40,935 nucleotides of DNA from Chrysochromulina tobinii (GCA_001275005.1 JWZX01001827.1:1-40935); one strand, 5' to 3'. Numbered from the stretch's first letter, positions 20,910-31,500 are shown. Program-made: numbers and translations. The notes: a model not told the origin generated them from the letters alone.

Positions 20910-22140
20910 CACACATGCTGCCCTCCACTACCTCCACAGAGCCGCCGTCGTGGAGAAATTGAGGGGAAATCCGAATATGTGTCTGAAAGTCGCCCCGTGG
21001 AGGCCGAATTTGGGGGTGCGGGGCGGTAGCCCCGCGAAATTTTTTCGGACGCGGACGGTCCGGATTTCTCGGAAAATACTAAATTTTCGACTCGGATACT
21101 GGGAGGGATTGCGGCCCGTGGCTAGAGCTTAGAAGTAACAACTTCCATGATCTACATGCAAGCATGGATCACATGTTCACATCAAGGCCCTTAAGCCGCG
21201 CACCACACGCTTCACTACTAAGTCACTTCAGGCAAAGCGTTGCAATGCGAAGATATTGCCAAAATGACGGGCTCAAGAATAGCACTTACCGAACGCGGGC
21301 CGGGCGCCAAGTGAGCTCACAACATCGCAATGGCTAGGGAGCTTTGGGCCCGGCTGCAGCTCAGCAGCTCAAATGCATCTAGCTGGCGTCAGCGGCTCGA
21401 GCAACACACCTCTTGTGTCACGGAGGAGCTCGAGGAGGAGGACGGGATCCACACGATCGAACGCGAGGCATGAAGCCGTGCGTCGCACGCGACAGTGCGC
21501 ATGCGCACCACGCTCGGCTCCACGCGTTCAAGTCCCTGCGAGCGACACGAATCAGTCGCGCACGCTTCAGTACGGGGAAAGCGAAAACACCGGGAAATTG
21601 ACAGGCTCGAGAAAGGCACTTATCGAACGCGGCCTAGACGCCAAGCCAGTCAGCTCAAAATCACAAAATCACATGCAAAGGCACACAGTGCAAGCTGCAG
21701 CTTAGCAAGAGCTACGCATCAGCAAGAGCAGTGGTTCGATCCTCGGAGCGGTGGTGACTGTGCCCATGGGTGGCCAGCACGTGCTGCTGGCGATCAGGAT
21801 CGAATACAAGCGTCGCATTCAATCTGAAGACTGGCTGGCTGGCGAGAGGCGGACGCGCGGGCGGCTTTGTGCCGCCCACGCTGCCTCCATGGGTTGCGCC
21901 AAGAGGCGGGTCTGTGGAAAAGGGCCTTGCCGATGTGTCCATAGATTGCTTTCGCCATCAATGAACTCGGGGCGCCGCCCCGAGTCGATTGCCGCATAGA
22001 TGGGTCTATGGACACATTCCTACACCCCCCTATTAGGAAACGCGCCGTACCGAGCGCATCCGGCCTCCGTTCGTACACATATTCGGATTTCCCCTCAATT
22101 AATAGACTCGAACGCATGCGCGGTACTGAATAACCACGAC

Positions 22141-22144
22141 ACGC

Positions 22145-22188
<44 letters not shown>
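22141..22188. repeat. (CA)n microsatellite
   Basis: ACGCACACGC followed by a long AC run. Confidence 0.95.
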
Positions 22189-22520
22189 CGTACGGCCCAA
22201 GAACGAAGGGAAGGTGCAGTGTGCCGGGACCCGGGCTCGGCTGACAAATCCCCTATTCCGGTGTACGGCCGTTTACGACGTGCCGTGCTCGTAGCCCGCC
22301 GCTATCTACATTCTGATGTTCCCGCGTTGCACTCTGATGGCCCCGCCCAAAGAGGCGTTCAACACACAAGTCTTCCCTCCCGGCAGCGCACCGACAGCGG
22401 AGTGAGCTGACGAAGCTGACGAAGCTGACAGCGGAGCGAGCCCTCTAAGGCACTAGCGCCGTGCCGAGCAGGATACTGAGCTGACGAAGCTGACGAAGCC
22501 GTGACAGCGGAGCGAGCCCT

Positions 22521-23561
22521 CTAAGGCGCTAGCGCCGTGCCGAGCAGGATACGTCCCTTCTCCTCGGCTCGAGCGGCCCACTTTTCACTCGCAGAGGGCG
22601 CAGAGGGCGCAGAGGGCGCAGCGGGGGAAGGCAGCGCCGGCGCCGGCGCCGGCAGTGGAGGAGGCGGCGCGTAGGCAGACTTCGCTGGCGCTGCGACGAC
22701 GCCACCGCCGCCGCCGCGGCCGCCGCCGACGCCGCCGCCGCCGCCGACGCCGCCGCCGCCGACGCCACCACCACGGCCCTGCCAGAGGAGGTAGCCGTTA
22801 AAGAGGCCCCACGCCGCGAGCCCGACGAGACCGAGCGCGAGGGCGCTCGACAGCAGGTCGAAGTGCCCAGTCGAGCTTGGGGGCTGGGCCGAGGGCGGCG
22901 GCGAGGGCGGCGGCGAGGGCGGCGGGGGGCTGCACGCGTACGACCACACGCCCCACCCACAAGATGGCGGGATGGCGGGCGGCGGCATCGAAGGAGGCGG
23001 CGGAGAGGGCGATGGGGGCGAAGGAGAGGGCGAGGGCGGCGGGAACGGAGGCGGCGGCGTGGGTGGCGGCGGCGTGGGTGGCGGCGGCGTGGGTGGCGGC
23101 GGCGTGGGTGGCGGCGGCGTGGGTGGCGGCGGCGTGGGTGGCGGCGGAGTGGGTGGCGGCGGAGTGGGTGGCGGTGGCGTGGGTGGCGGTGGCGTGGGAG
23201 GAGGTGGCAGCGGCGGCGGCGAGGGTGGCACTGGTGGCGGAGGAAGAGCTGGCGGCGGCGGCGGCGGCGGGCACTCAGTCCCGAAACCGAGCCACCAAAA
23301 GCCGCACTGTACTCGGGCGTCGATTATCGGCACGTGGCTCATGGCCTTCATGCCGGTCGACGACTCGACGCTACCCACACTCCTTGGCTGCACTCGCAAT
23401 GGTGATTCTGATGCTGACGACCATGCCGCCACAGCAGTGGCAGCGATGATGAGGCCGGTGCCTGTGAGTCCGACGAATCTCAACATCGGTGCGCATGAGA
23501 CAGGCGCATCGTCCGTGGGTGCCAGCGCGACGTACTGCGTCTCGATCGCCGTCGTTGCCAT
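22521..23561 (-). CDS. Proline-rich (extensin-like TPPPP/SPPP) membrane protein
   Basis: Two hydrophobic segments flanking (TPPPP)n and SP repeats, with two small CGxWW..C motifs. Confidence 0.7.
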   Translation of the reverse strand: MATTAIETQYVALAPTDDAPVSCAPMLRFVGLTGTGLIIAATAVAAWSSASESPLRVQPRSVGSVESSTGMKAMSHVPIIDARVQCGFWWLGFGTECPPPPPPPALPPPPVPPSPPPLPPPPTPPPPTPPPPTPPPPTPPPPTPPPPTPPPPTPPPPTPPPPTPPPPTPPPPFPPPSPSPSPPSPSPPPPSMPPPAIPPSCGWGVWSYACSPPPPSPPPSPPPSAQPPSSTGHFDLLSSALALGLVGLAAWGLFNGYLLWQGRGGGVGGGGVGGGGGVGGGRGGGGGVVAAPAKSAYAPPPPLPAPAPALPSPAAPSAPSAPSASEKWAARAEEKGRILLGTALAP

Positions 23562-23737
23562 CGCGGCAGAAATCGGCACCCCGCCATTGGAAGGCGGAAA
23601 GATGCAAGAGAATCTCCTATCGCGCTGCGTGAATAGACACGTTTCGTCAAATCACCCGACCGTTTCCAGCCGCGGGTTGGTTCGTGGTCTTCAGGAAAGC
23701 AAATCCGGACGAGCTAGAATTACGCGCGGCGCCGAGA

Positions 23738-24622
23738 ATGGTTATCCACGACGTGAGCTCGGCCAGTTGGCGCCCGCCCACCGAGGGAACTGCCTACGAG
23801 GTGCTCGGCGTTGCACCTTCAGCCGACGCACGCGAGCTCAAGGCGCGCTATTACAAGATTGCGCGTGCGTGGCATCCGGATGTGTCGAAACATTCAGACG
23901 CGCCGGTCGTCTTTGCGCGCATCACGCAGGCGTACGAGATCGTCACACACCCACAGCAGCGGCTCGTGTACGACTTCGTACTCGCCAACGAGATCCCGCT
24001 CACCACGCCGGATCGCTTCCTGTCTTTTTATGCCACCGCCAATCGGATCGATGCGCTCATTCGGTACCGACACAGCATCGGCTGGGCGATCGCGGGCACT
24101 GCCGGCGCGCTCGTGGTCGCTGCGCGGTGGCGAAGCCTGCGGCCTCCGCCCTTGGCAGAGACGGCCGAAATGGCCGATGCGCCAGCGACGCCAGCGGTGC
24201 CAGCGACGGCGACAGCTGCGCCACGGCCGAGCGTCGCCGCGGGTGGACTGCTAGGAGCTGCTGGCGGGAGCGGCGTGATGCTGGCGCTCGGTGTGGCAGG
24301 AGCGCCCGGCGCACGCTTCACGCTCGTCGCCTCCGCCGCCGGCGCGCTCGGCGGCCGTGCACTGACTGCGTGGCTCGAGGCTCGCGTGGGGCGCATGCGC
24401 ACGCTCAGCACGCGCACTGTGGAAGCGCTCGCCACCAACGGCCAACCGCTGTGCGAGGCTTCCGGAGCCGCCATCGGCCTCCTACTGCTGCGCCGCGCGA
24501 GCCCTGCGCTCCGGCTAGCCGAGGCGCACCTTCGCGCGGCGCGCGTGGCCCTTCTCGGCGCACTCGGTGGCCATGTCGTGGGCAGGCTGAGCGTACACAG
24601 TGGTGAAAGTCCTAGGGAGTAG
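23738..24622 (+). CDS. DnaJ (J-domain) membrane protein
   Basis: AYEVLGVAPSADARELKARYYKIARAWHPD...FARITQAYEIV...QRLVYD; hydrophobic G/A-rich segments downstream. Confidence 0.9.
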   Translation: MVIHDVSSASWRPPTEGTAYEVLGVAPSADARELKARYYKIARAWHPDVSKHSDAPVVFARITQAYEIVTHPQQRLVYDFVLANEIPLTTPDRFLSFYATANRIDALIRYRHSIGWAIAGTAGALVVAARWRSLRPPPLAETAEMADAPATPAVPATATAAPRPSVAAGGLLGAAGGSGVMLALGVAGAPGARFTLVASAAGALGGRALTAWLEARVGRMRTLSTRTVEALATNGQPLCEASGAAIGLLLLRRASPALRLAEAHLRAARVALLGALGGHVVGRLSVHSGESPRE

Positions 24623-24967
24623 GGACCCCCAGAGTCGGATATTCATAAGTGAGCTGATCCCATGGAACGAAGCGTGCGCGCACTTTGTGAACCGCCGGCA
24701 AATGCCCCAAACTTAATTTTATCATTTATGTGCGTTAATTTATGCGACGCGAAGGGCCAAGAAGGGCCTCTGGCGGCCTCGGGCTAAGCCTCGGCGGCAA
24801 CTCTCCCGGGAAACTGCATTAACTCTCCCATTGGGGCACCTCTACTTCTAGTAGCGTCTAGGAGCCACGGAGTGTCTCCACGGGACCGGTGATCGTGCGT
24901 CTAGGGCTCTAGGCCCGTGATTGCGAACATGAACGCAGGGATTCTGGAAGTTTGTGTAGTTGAAAGT

Positions 24968-25089
24968 CAAGTCAAATCTATACATAAACAACAGACAACC
25001 ATACGGAAGCCTATCGAATGTGCTCCGGCGGCCAGCAGTGGTGGAAGGGATTGGGCGAAGTTGACAAGAACTTGACTTGACTTGTCTTG
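24968..25089. mobile_element. Short MITE-family copy with both (CAAGT)/(ACTTG) termini
   Basis: CAAGTCAAATCTATACATAAACAACAGACAACCATACGGAAGCCTATCG...ACTTGACTTGACTTG; no clean TSD. Confidence 0.82.
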
Positions 25090-25093
25090 AAGT

Positions 25094-26852
25094 ATGTTGA
25101 AAAAAGATTTGAAGTCGAAAAACGGGCACATGCACGGAAACAGCAAAGTCGAAGCAAAGATGTCGGAAGGCGAGGCCCCTTTGCTCACGGTGGAGCCTCC
25201 CAACGAATATCGGCAAGAAGCGGCGCACATAGGTCACCAGCTGCCACAAGTGCTGATGCCAACGCCATACCTGCCAGCCATGCAAATGCCTCCCAGCGGC
25301 CAGCCCATGCCAGCGGGTCAAACCCCTCCGCAGTATGCCACGATCACCGATGCAAACGGCAACCCGATAGTCGTCCAGTATGTTCCGTGGGCTCCGATGG
25401 CGCACGCTCCCTCGCAAAACAAGGCGCACGAGGTTGCGCTGCCCCCACAGTCGCTGTCATCATCTGGGGCAGGTGCTTTCCGGCGGCCACTCGCCACACA
25501 GCAGCAGTTCGCGATGGTGAATCCCAATCTATTCAACGCCAGTGGCGTGCTGTCGTGGCAACCAATGGGGAATCATGCCGCTATCGCTAATGCGACAGCG
25601 GCAGCAGCAGCGGCAGCGGCAGCGGCCGCGGCAGCGGCAGCGGCAGCGGCCGCTGCGGCGGGTGCTCCGATGGCAGCAGATCGGAGCAGTGGCGGCGACG
25701 ATGGCGGCGCGCCGCTCTCATGGGGAGGAAGTGGCACTGGCGTCCCAAGAACTGTTCCGATGGCCGGATGGCCACAGGAGAGCAGCTACGATCAGACGAA
25801 ACGCTCCTTGACGGGATTGGATGGCCAGGGGATCGGATGGCAGGTGCGCATGACCAAACGGCCATCTGAGTGCCTCAGATGACCTCTGATGACCTCCGAG
25901 TACGCCCCTCATCAGGTGCGGATGACGAAGCGCCCGTGGGACGCCGAAGAGGATGCCGAGCTCACGGCGGTCGTCGCGCGACTCGGGGCGGGCGCGTGGA
26001 GCCGCGTGGCGCTCGAGGTGGGTTGCGGACGCTCCGGAAAGCAGTGCCGCGAACGATGGTACAACCACCTCGAGCCGGGCGTCAACAAGGGCGAATGGAC
26101 GGCAGAGGAGGACTTGCTGATCCAAGAGGGCGTGCGCTTGTATGGCAAGCGCTGGTGCGAGCTCGTCCAGCCGCCCTGAGCGCCATCTGATTGCCTTCTT
26201 TTCAGACAAGAGCAAACGTAGGTGACCTCTGATGACCTCCGATGACCTTCGATGACCTCCGATTACGCCCCTCATCAGGTGTGAAATCGTCAAGCTGCTC
26301 CCTCCGGGCAGGAGTGACAATGCAGTCAAGAATCGTTACAATTCCAACCTGCGCAAGAACCAGCGTGCAGATGAGCGTGCCGAGAAGATGGCCGAGAAGG
26401 AGGCGGCGCGCCTCGAGCGCGAAACAGATAAGGGAGCGGCGAGGGCTGCAGATCTGGGCATTAATCAACGGCAGCGGACCGCAGCAGGGTCTTCTGCCGC
26501 TGACCTGAGGGACGATTTTGAAGCCCTCGAGGCTAAAAGTCTCCTCGCCGTCAAGCAGTTCAAGGTTGGCAGCACCGTACGCGTGTCTGACGACAGGCCG
26601 AGCGAGGGTGGCGGCGCTGGTCGCAAGCGCATGCGTGCATCAGCCAAGGGCGTGGACGGTGGTGGCAGCTCTTCAACCCCTCAGCCCATCTTGTACGCTG
26701 AGAGCGAGATTCTCTTCCCCAAGGGGCAGCAGACCCAGGAGGCCTTAGTACCCCCTGACATTCCGCATCCGACGAGGGGACGGGATGAGGACGAGGTCGA
26801 GGGTGGAGAAGTGTTCGTCCTCGAGGCGTTCGCCATCGCGACCTCCCCCTAA
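25094..26852 (+). CDS. R2R3-type MYB transcription factor; exons 25094-25843, 25916-26154, 26279-26852 (start codon uncertain)
   Basis: KRPWDAEEDAEL...GRSGKQCRERWYNHLEPGVNKGEWTAEED...GKRW|CEIVKLLPPGRSDNAVKNRYN reconstituted by GT-AG introns 25844-25915 and 26155-26278. Confidence 0.92.
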
Positions 26853-27413
26853 GCTGACGAAGCTGACGAACTCGGCTTCGTCTGCTTCGTCAGCTCAGCG
26901 CCGGCGCGGCCTCCGAACCGCACGACGGGTTCGGACGCACGTGACGCGCCACAAGCATGGCACATGACACATCGATGTGACTGTGCCGATGTGACGTGGC
27001 TCGTGCGGCGTCGCGGCGCGCCGCGCACCTGTCCGCGATCTCCGATGGCGCTCGCGCTGGCCGCCCCCGATGTGCGTCATCTCGAAGGAAGTAGAGCGTA
27101 GAGCGGCATGCTGTCGGCATTACTACCAACTACCATCCGCGTCCCGTCCCCGCTGTTCGGCCCCGGCGGAGGCAAGATTCCGCATTCGCGAGGCGTAACT
27201 ATAAGAGACCGCCCCCGCGCCGCGCCGACCGAACGGTTACGCGGCACACCTTGGTACGCGGCGCGCGCGGGCGCGCGGTGTCACACTGGAGAGAAATATC
27301 ACGTCAGTTGGGAGAATAGAACAGTGTAGATTTAGCATGAATTTGCGCCAGACCTTCCGGTTACTGACCTTGATGTGCTTGACGATTTAACTTCATCGCG
27401 ACCCCGTTTGCCG

Positions 27414-28514
27414 TTAGGACCCGGCCTGCCAGAGCTTCACTGCGCCATCGTCTCCACATGATGCTAACCACCCCGCGCGCTCCGTACTTGCCGCTTGGGG
27501 TCGCGTCGGTCGCCAGCTAACCGAATTGACGTCTCCAGCATGCGCATCGGATTGAATCCCGATCAACTCGAGCTGGCTCTCGCCGCCGTTCCCGCCCTCC
27601 GTGCCGCTGCCGAAGTGGGCGCGCAGCAATCCGATGGCATTGTCGCCGGAGGCGGTGGCGATGTACCCCAAGCCGCTCGCCTCCGGTGCCCAGCTGACCG
27701 CGTAGACGGCACGCTCGTGCACGTCGGCCGCGGTGGCGGCGAGCACGTACCCGCACTCGCCCGTTAGGTCGCGCCAGAGAGAGACCGAACGGTCGTCCGA
27801 ACATGAGACCAGGCCACGCCCGTCAGGCGAGAAGGCGAGGCACCACACCGTGGACTGGTGGGCGCTCAGCGTGGCGAAGCATCGCCAGTCGTCGTCGTTG
27901 GGCGCGTAGAGCTTGAGCGTGTCGTCGTACGAGGCCGACGCGAGCACCTCTTGCTGTGGGTGCCACGCGACCGCCTTGACATCCGCAGCATGCGAGTGCA
28001 GCACAGCGGCAACCTCGTACTCCTCCTCCTCGGCCTCCCAGATGAAGACGCTTCTGTCGCGGCCGCACGTGGCAAGCATGGTGCCCGACGCGGCCCAGCT
28101 CACGGCCTTGACCTCGTTCTCGTGACCTTCGAGCGACGCTACGCAGTCAAAGTCTCCGTCATTGTACTCCCACACGGAAGCCATGCCGTCGAAGCTGCAC
28201 GTAGCCAAGTACCGTGCATTGGGCGACCACTCGCACCAGCGGATCGTGCGCTGGTGCGCGTCCTCCAGGACTGCGACGCAGTGCCACGCGGCCGCCATCG
28301 CCGCTGCGGTCGGCGCGGGCAGCGCCTCGGCAGAGAGCGCCCACAGCCGGATGGTGCGGTCTTCGCCACATGTGGCAAGCAAATCTCCTCGCGGATCCCA
28401 GGCGAGGTGCCACACGCGCGGCTCGGCGTGGCCGGTGAGCGTGCCGAGGAGCTTGATGAACTGGGAGGCTGGCTGCGCCTTTTCGGTACTCTGAGCGACC
28501 GCGTCGCCCTCCAT
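27414..28514 (-). CDS. CIA1: Cytosolic Fe-S assembly WD40 protein CIA1/CIAO1
   Basis: HQRTIRWCEWSP, CVASLEGHENEVKAVSW, LATCGRDRSVFIWE, DVKAVAWHP..EVLASASYDDT, HAGDVNSVSW. Confidence 0.93.
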   Translation of the reverse strand: MEGDAVAQSTEKAQPASQFIKLLGTLTGHAEPRVWHLAWDPRGDLLATCGEDRTIRLWALSAEALPAPTAAAMAAAWHCVAVLEDAHQRTIRWCEWSPNARYLATCSFDGMASVWEYNDGDFDCVASLEGHENEVKAVSWAASGTMLATCGRDRSVFIWEAEEEEYEVAAVLHSHAADVKAVAWHPQQEVLASASYDDTLKLYAPNDDDWRCFATLSAHQSTVWCLAFSPDGRGLVSCSDDRSVSLWRDLTGECGYVLAATAADVHERAVYAVSWAPEASGLGYIATASGDNAIGLLRAHFGSGTEGGNGGESQLELIGIQSDAHAGDVNSVSWRPTRPQAASTERAGWLASCGDDGAVKLWQAGS

Positions 28515-28794
28515 TTGCACTTGTGAACCTGTGATCGGAGTGATCCTACTATTGTAGAGCTGTGAAGTGTAAGGGGGATCTCTGACCCTGGTTCCCCACT
28601 CCCACGAAATCGCCCACGTACGACGTTCAGTGCCACAAAGGAACACACCCGATCCACCGGACTGGCACGACATGATTCGAGACGCGACCCGCACAAGCCG
28701 GAAGCCGCGGCAGGTCGCATTGACGTCACACGAGCACGATGTGGTGCTCAGTTTCGGCTCAGTTTCGGCTCGATTGGACCGGAGGACCGCACAC

Positions 28795-29874
28795 TCAGGC
28801 AAGATCAAGAGCTGCACCCGCTGCGCCGATGCCCGTCTCCGAAAAGACGAGCCACGCGGCGCCGATGGCCGCGCAGTCGGGGCCGAGGGACGAGCGCACA
28901 ATGCGGCACTTGCCTCTGGTGGCCGGCAGCGTCGAGGCATCAACGGCCGCCTCGATGCCCTCATATAGCTCGGGCGTGGACGATAGGCCACCGCCGAGAA
29001 CGATGACGCTCGGGTTATAGAAGGTCACCAGATTCGCAAGGCCCGCGGCGAGGTCAGCGCGGTAGGCAGTCCACGCCGCCTTCGCCATCGCGTCACCCTC
29101 GCGCATGCGTTGCACCACGCTGCGTGCGTCGTCCAGGCTGATCGCCGCCTCTGACCCTCCCAACGCTCGCCAGTGTCGCACCAGACCCGCCGCTGAGGCA
29201 TGGCACTCAAAGCAGCCGGAGTTGCCGCAAACACATTTGAAGGCGTCGGTGCCGGAGCGCATCACGTGGTGCCCAAAGTCGCCCGCATCGAAGGTGCACC
29301 CATCGAAAAGCACACCTCGGCGGCTCTGGCCGCCATCGTGGATGAGGGCACCACCGATCCCGGTGCCTAGCGTGAGCATCGCCATCACTGAGTGCTCCCC
29401 GCTCGCGCCGACGCCAAAGTGGCGCTCGGCAAGTGCTGCACACCGACCGTCGTTGCGGATATGAACCTTGTCCAACTTTGTGAGCTCGCGTACTGTAGAG
29501 GGCTTGTCGAGATCGTTGCCATCCGCTGCGCGGTCGAGCACCAACGCAGCCAAATCGACGGGCTCGAGCCACCCAAAGTTAGGCAGATAGCGCGCGAGGC
29601 CCTTGTTCGGGTCCACGTTCCCAGGGACTGCGATTCCTACACCCGCGAGCGGCAGGCAATCCGGGAACTCCTTGCTTGCATGCCGCCACACGTTGACAAT
29701 GCACGTGGCCAGCGCCGCCCCAATCAGGTCACGCGAGCCACGGCTCTCCGCGGAGAGGCTTTCACCATGACGTGCGTGCACAATGCCAGCTGGGTCTACC
29801 AGCGCCGCCAGAACGTGCGTACCGCCAAGATCGACCCCGATGGCCAAGACTTGCGGGTGCGAAGGCGCCGACAT
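28795..29874 (-). CDS. ROK-family sugar kinase (glucokinase-like)
   Basis: IGVDLGGT, GIAVPG, NDGRCAALAE, LTLGTGIGGA, GDFGH, CVCGNSGCFE zinc motif, NPSVIVLGGG, AAIGAA. Confidence 0.92.
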   Translation of the reverse strand: MSAPSHPQVLAIGVDLGGTHVLAALVDPAGIVHARHGESLSAESRGSRDLIGAALATCIVNVWRHASKEFPDCLPLAGVGIAVPGNVDPNKGLARYLPNFGWLEPVDLAALVLDRAADGNDLDKPSTVRELTKLDKVHIRNDGRCAALAERHFGVGASGEHSVMAMLTLGTGIGGALIHDGGQSRRGVLFDGCTFDAGDFGHHVMRSGTDAFKCVCGNSGCFECHASAAGLVRHWRALGGSEAAISLDDARSVVQRMREGDAMAKAAWTAYRADLAAGLANLVTFYNPSVIVLGGGLSSTPELYEGIEAAVDASTLPATRGKCRIVRSSLGPDCAAIGAAWLVFSETGIGAAGAALDLA

Positions 29875-30081
29875 GCGACGACCCGACCGAATCTCGTGGT
29901 CATCTCTGATACTCTGATCATGTTTTTACACATCCAAGCCGCCGACGCCCAAACCATCCTCAACGCCGCTAGCGCGCGCATGCTCCGCGTCTCATATGGG
30001 GTCATGTAAGGTGTGTGTATTCTGAGCGGGCAGTAACAGTGCCGTAGCACCGGTTTCTGTCGCGTCTGTCGTGTTAACGTT

Positions 30082-30369
30082 CAAGTCAAGTCAAGTCAAG
30101 TCTATACATAAACAACAGACAACCATACGGAAGCCTATCGAATGTGCTCCGGAAGCCAGCAGGGGAGGACGGGAGTAGGCGGAGATGACGGAGGGGGGTC
30201 CATAATGAGGTGACACGTCATAGATGCTGACATACGTGCCCTCGGAGAAGAAGTAGGTGAGAAGTAACGGGCCGATCTCGAGCCGATGAGCGCCACTCTT
30301 ACGCCGAAGAGGAAATCGGCTCGAGATCGACCGTGGCGTCAAGCATAAGACTTGACTTGACTTGACTTG
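30082..30369. mobile_element. Non-autonomous DNA transposon (MITE), 288 bp, with pentamer-repeat TIRs and 8-bp TSD
   Basis: Starts CAAGTCAAGTCAAGTCAAGTC and ends GACTTGACTTGACTTGACTTG; flanked by TTAACGTT at 30074-30081 and 30370-30377. Confidence 0.88.
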
Positions 30370-30586
30370 TTAACGTTCACATCTCTGATCACAGGTCGAT
30401 TTCAAACGTGAGTTGAATCCCAATTTTATTGGTGCGCTGCAAAGGCGCACGCGGCCGGGAGGGCCGCGAGACCCCAAAGATTTCTACTGTAAGATTACTA
30501 ATGTACTGAACATCCTATTAGCTTACAATTGTAGTCTACTTCGGCTACCTGTGAACGCTGTGTACGCCGCCGCAGCGAGAAACCAG

Positions 30587-30627
30587 GACTTGACTTGACT
30601 TGACTTGACTTGACTTGACTTGACTTG
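30587..30627. repeat. (GACTT)8 array, orphan right terminus of the MITE family
   Basis: Same pentamer as the MITE termini. Confidence 0.8.
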
Positions 30628-30713
30628 ATCCAAAAAGCGCCCCCGCCACTTGATGAGTCCCGAGGGACCCGAGGGCCGTCCAGCGCGTCCAGCCGAAGAC
30701 AAAGAACGAAGAC

Positions 30714-31500
30714 ATGGAGCTGCCTCGAGTAAATGCAGCCGCATCGAATGCTCGCGCATGCGAGCACACGCTCGCTCTCTCGTCCTCACCGTGTTTCTTC
30801 TCGCTGACCGTGTGTGTACGCTTCGTGGTCATCGCAGGGCGCATCAAGAGCGCCGGAGTTTGACAGCTCGCCCGACATGGGTGGCTTCACCATCTCTTTT
30901 TTTCTGCCATTCGTTGCGGACGATCTGTACAATGAGCTCCTGTCCGAGTTCCCGCTTGGTTCCTCGCCCAATGTCACGTTCACCATACTGCGCAGCGGCT
31001 ATTCGGGCCCTGTGATCTCGCCCGGCTGCGTGCGCAAGGTGACCTTCCCGGCACCTTACTTTGGCGAGACCATCTCGGAGCTGACGGTCGCCGAAAAAGG
31101 GACAGCCGGCAGCAAATCGACGATCGTGTGGCGGCAGCTCACCTCGTCGACGCGGCTCAATCTGCTCGGCCGCGACGGCATCCCTCCCGAGTACATCGTC
31201 ACGCTCGAGGGCAGCACGGGCGGAACACTCGTGCGCATACGCTACAACTTTCACAAGACGGACATGAAGGGGCCGCTCTTCTTCCTGTCATACTGCATGC
31301 CGTCGCTGCTGCAGTTTCAACTCTCCTTGAACATTGTCGACGTGTGGCATGCTGAGATGGTTCGCCGGCAGCACCTCCCGCAGGAAAAGCCCACCTTTAT
31401 TGACCTGCCTGGGGATAAGAGCGAGGAGAAGAGCATCCGGCTCAAGGCACTCCAGCAGCCTACGCATCCGTGCGCGAGGTGTCTCGGCGGCGGCGCCTGA
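30714..31500 (+). CDS. SRPBCC/START-like (polyketide cyclase-like) fold protein; exons 30714-30728, 30838-31500
   Basis: ATG GAG CTG CCT CGA|GTAAAT...GCTGAC...CGCAG|GGC joins in frame; PGCVRKVTF..GETISELT..IVW..VTLEGSTGGTLVRIRY resembles SRPBCC. Confidence 0.6.

Noticed and set aside
22972..24606. 544-aa Gly-rich + strand ORF
   Set aside because: Antisense shadow of the Pro-rich gene running into an off-frame reading of the DnaJ gene.
24955..25100. Target-site duplication for the short MITE copy
   Set aside because: Flanks are only loosely similar (GTAGTTGAAA versus GTATGTTGAAA); no exact 8-bp TSD.
28515..28991. Long N-terminal extension of CIA1 overlapping the ROK gene
   Set aside because: Not coding-like; homology starts near ATG 28514; stop-poor GC-rich DNA explains the open frame.
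27414..29874. CIA1 plus ROK kinase as an operon-like functional cluster
   Set aside because: No known pathway link; close tandem spacing is normal in this compact genome.
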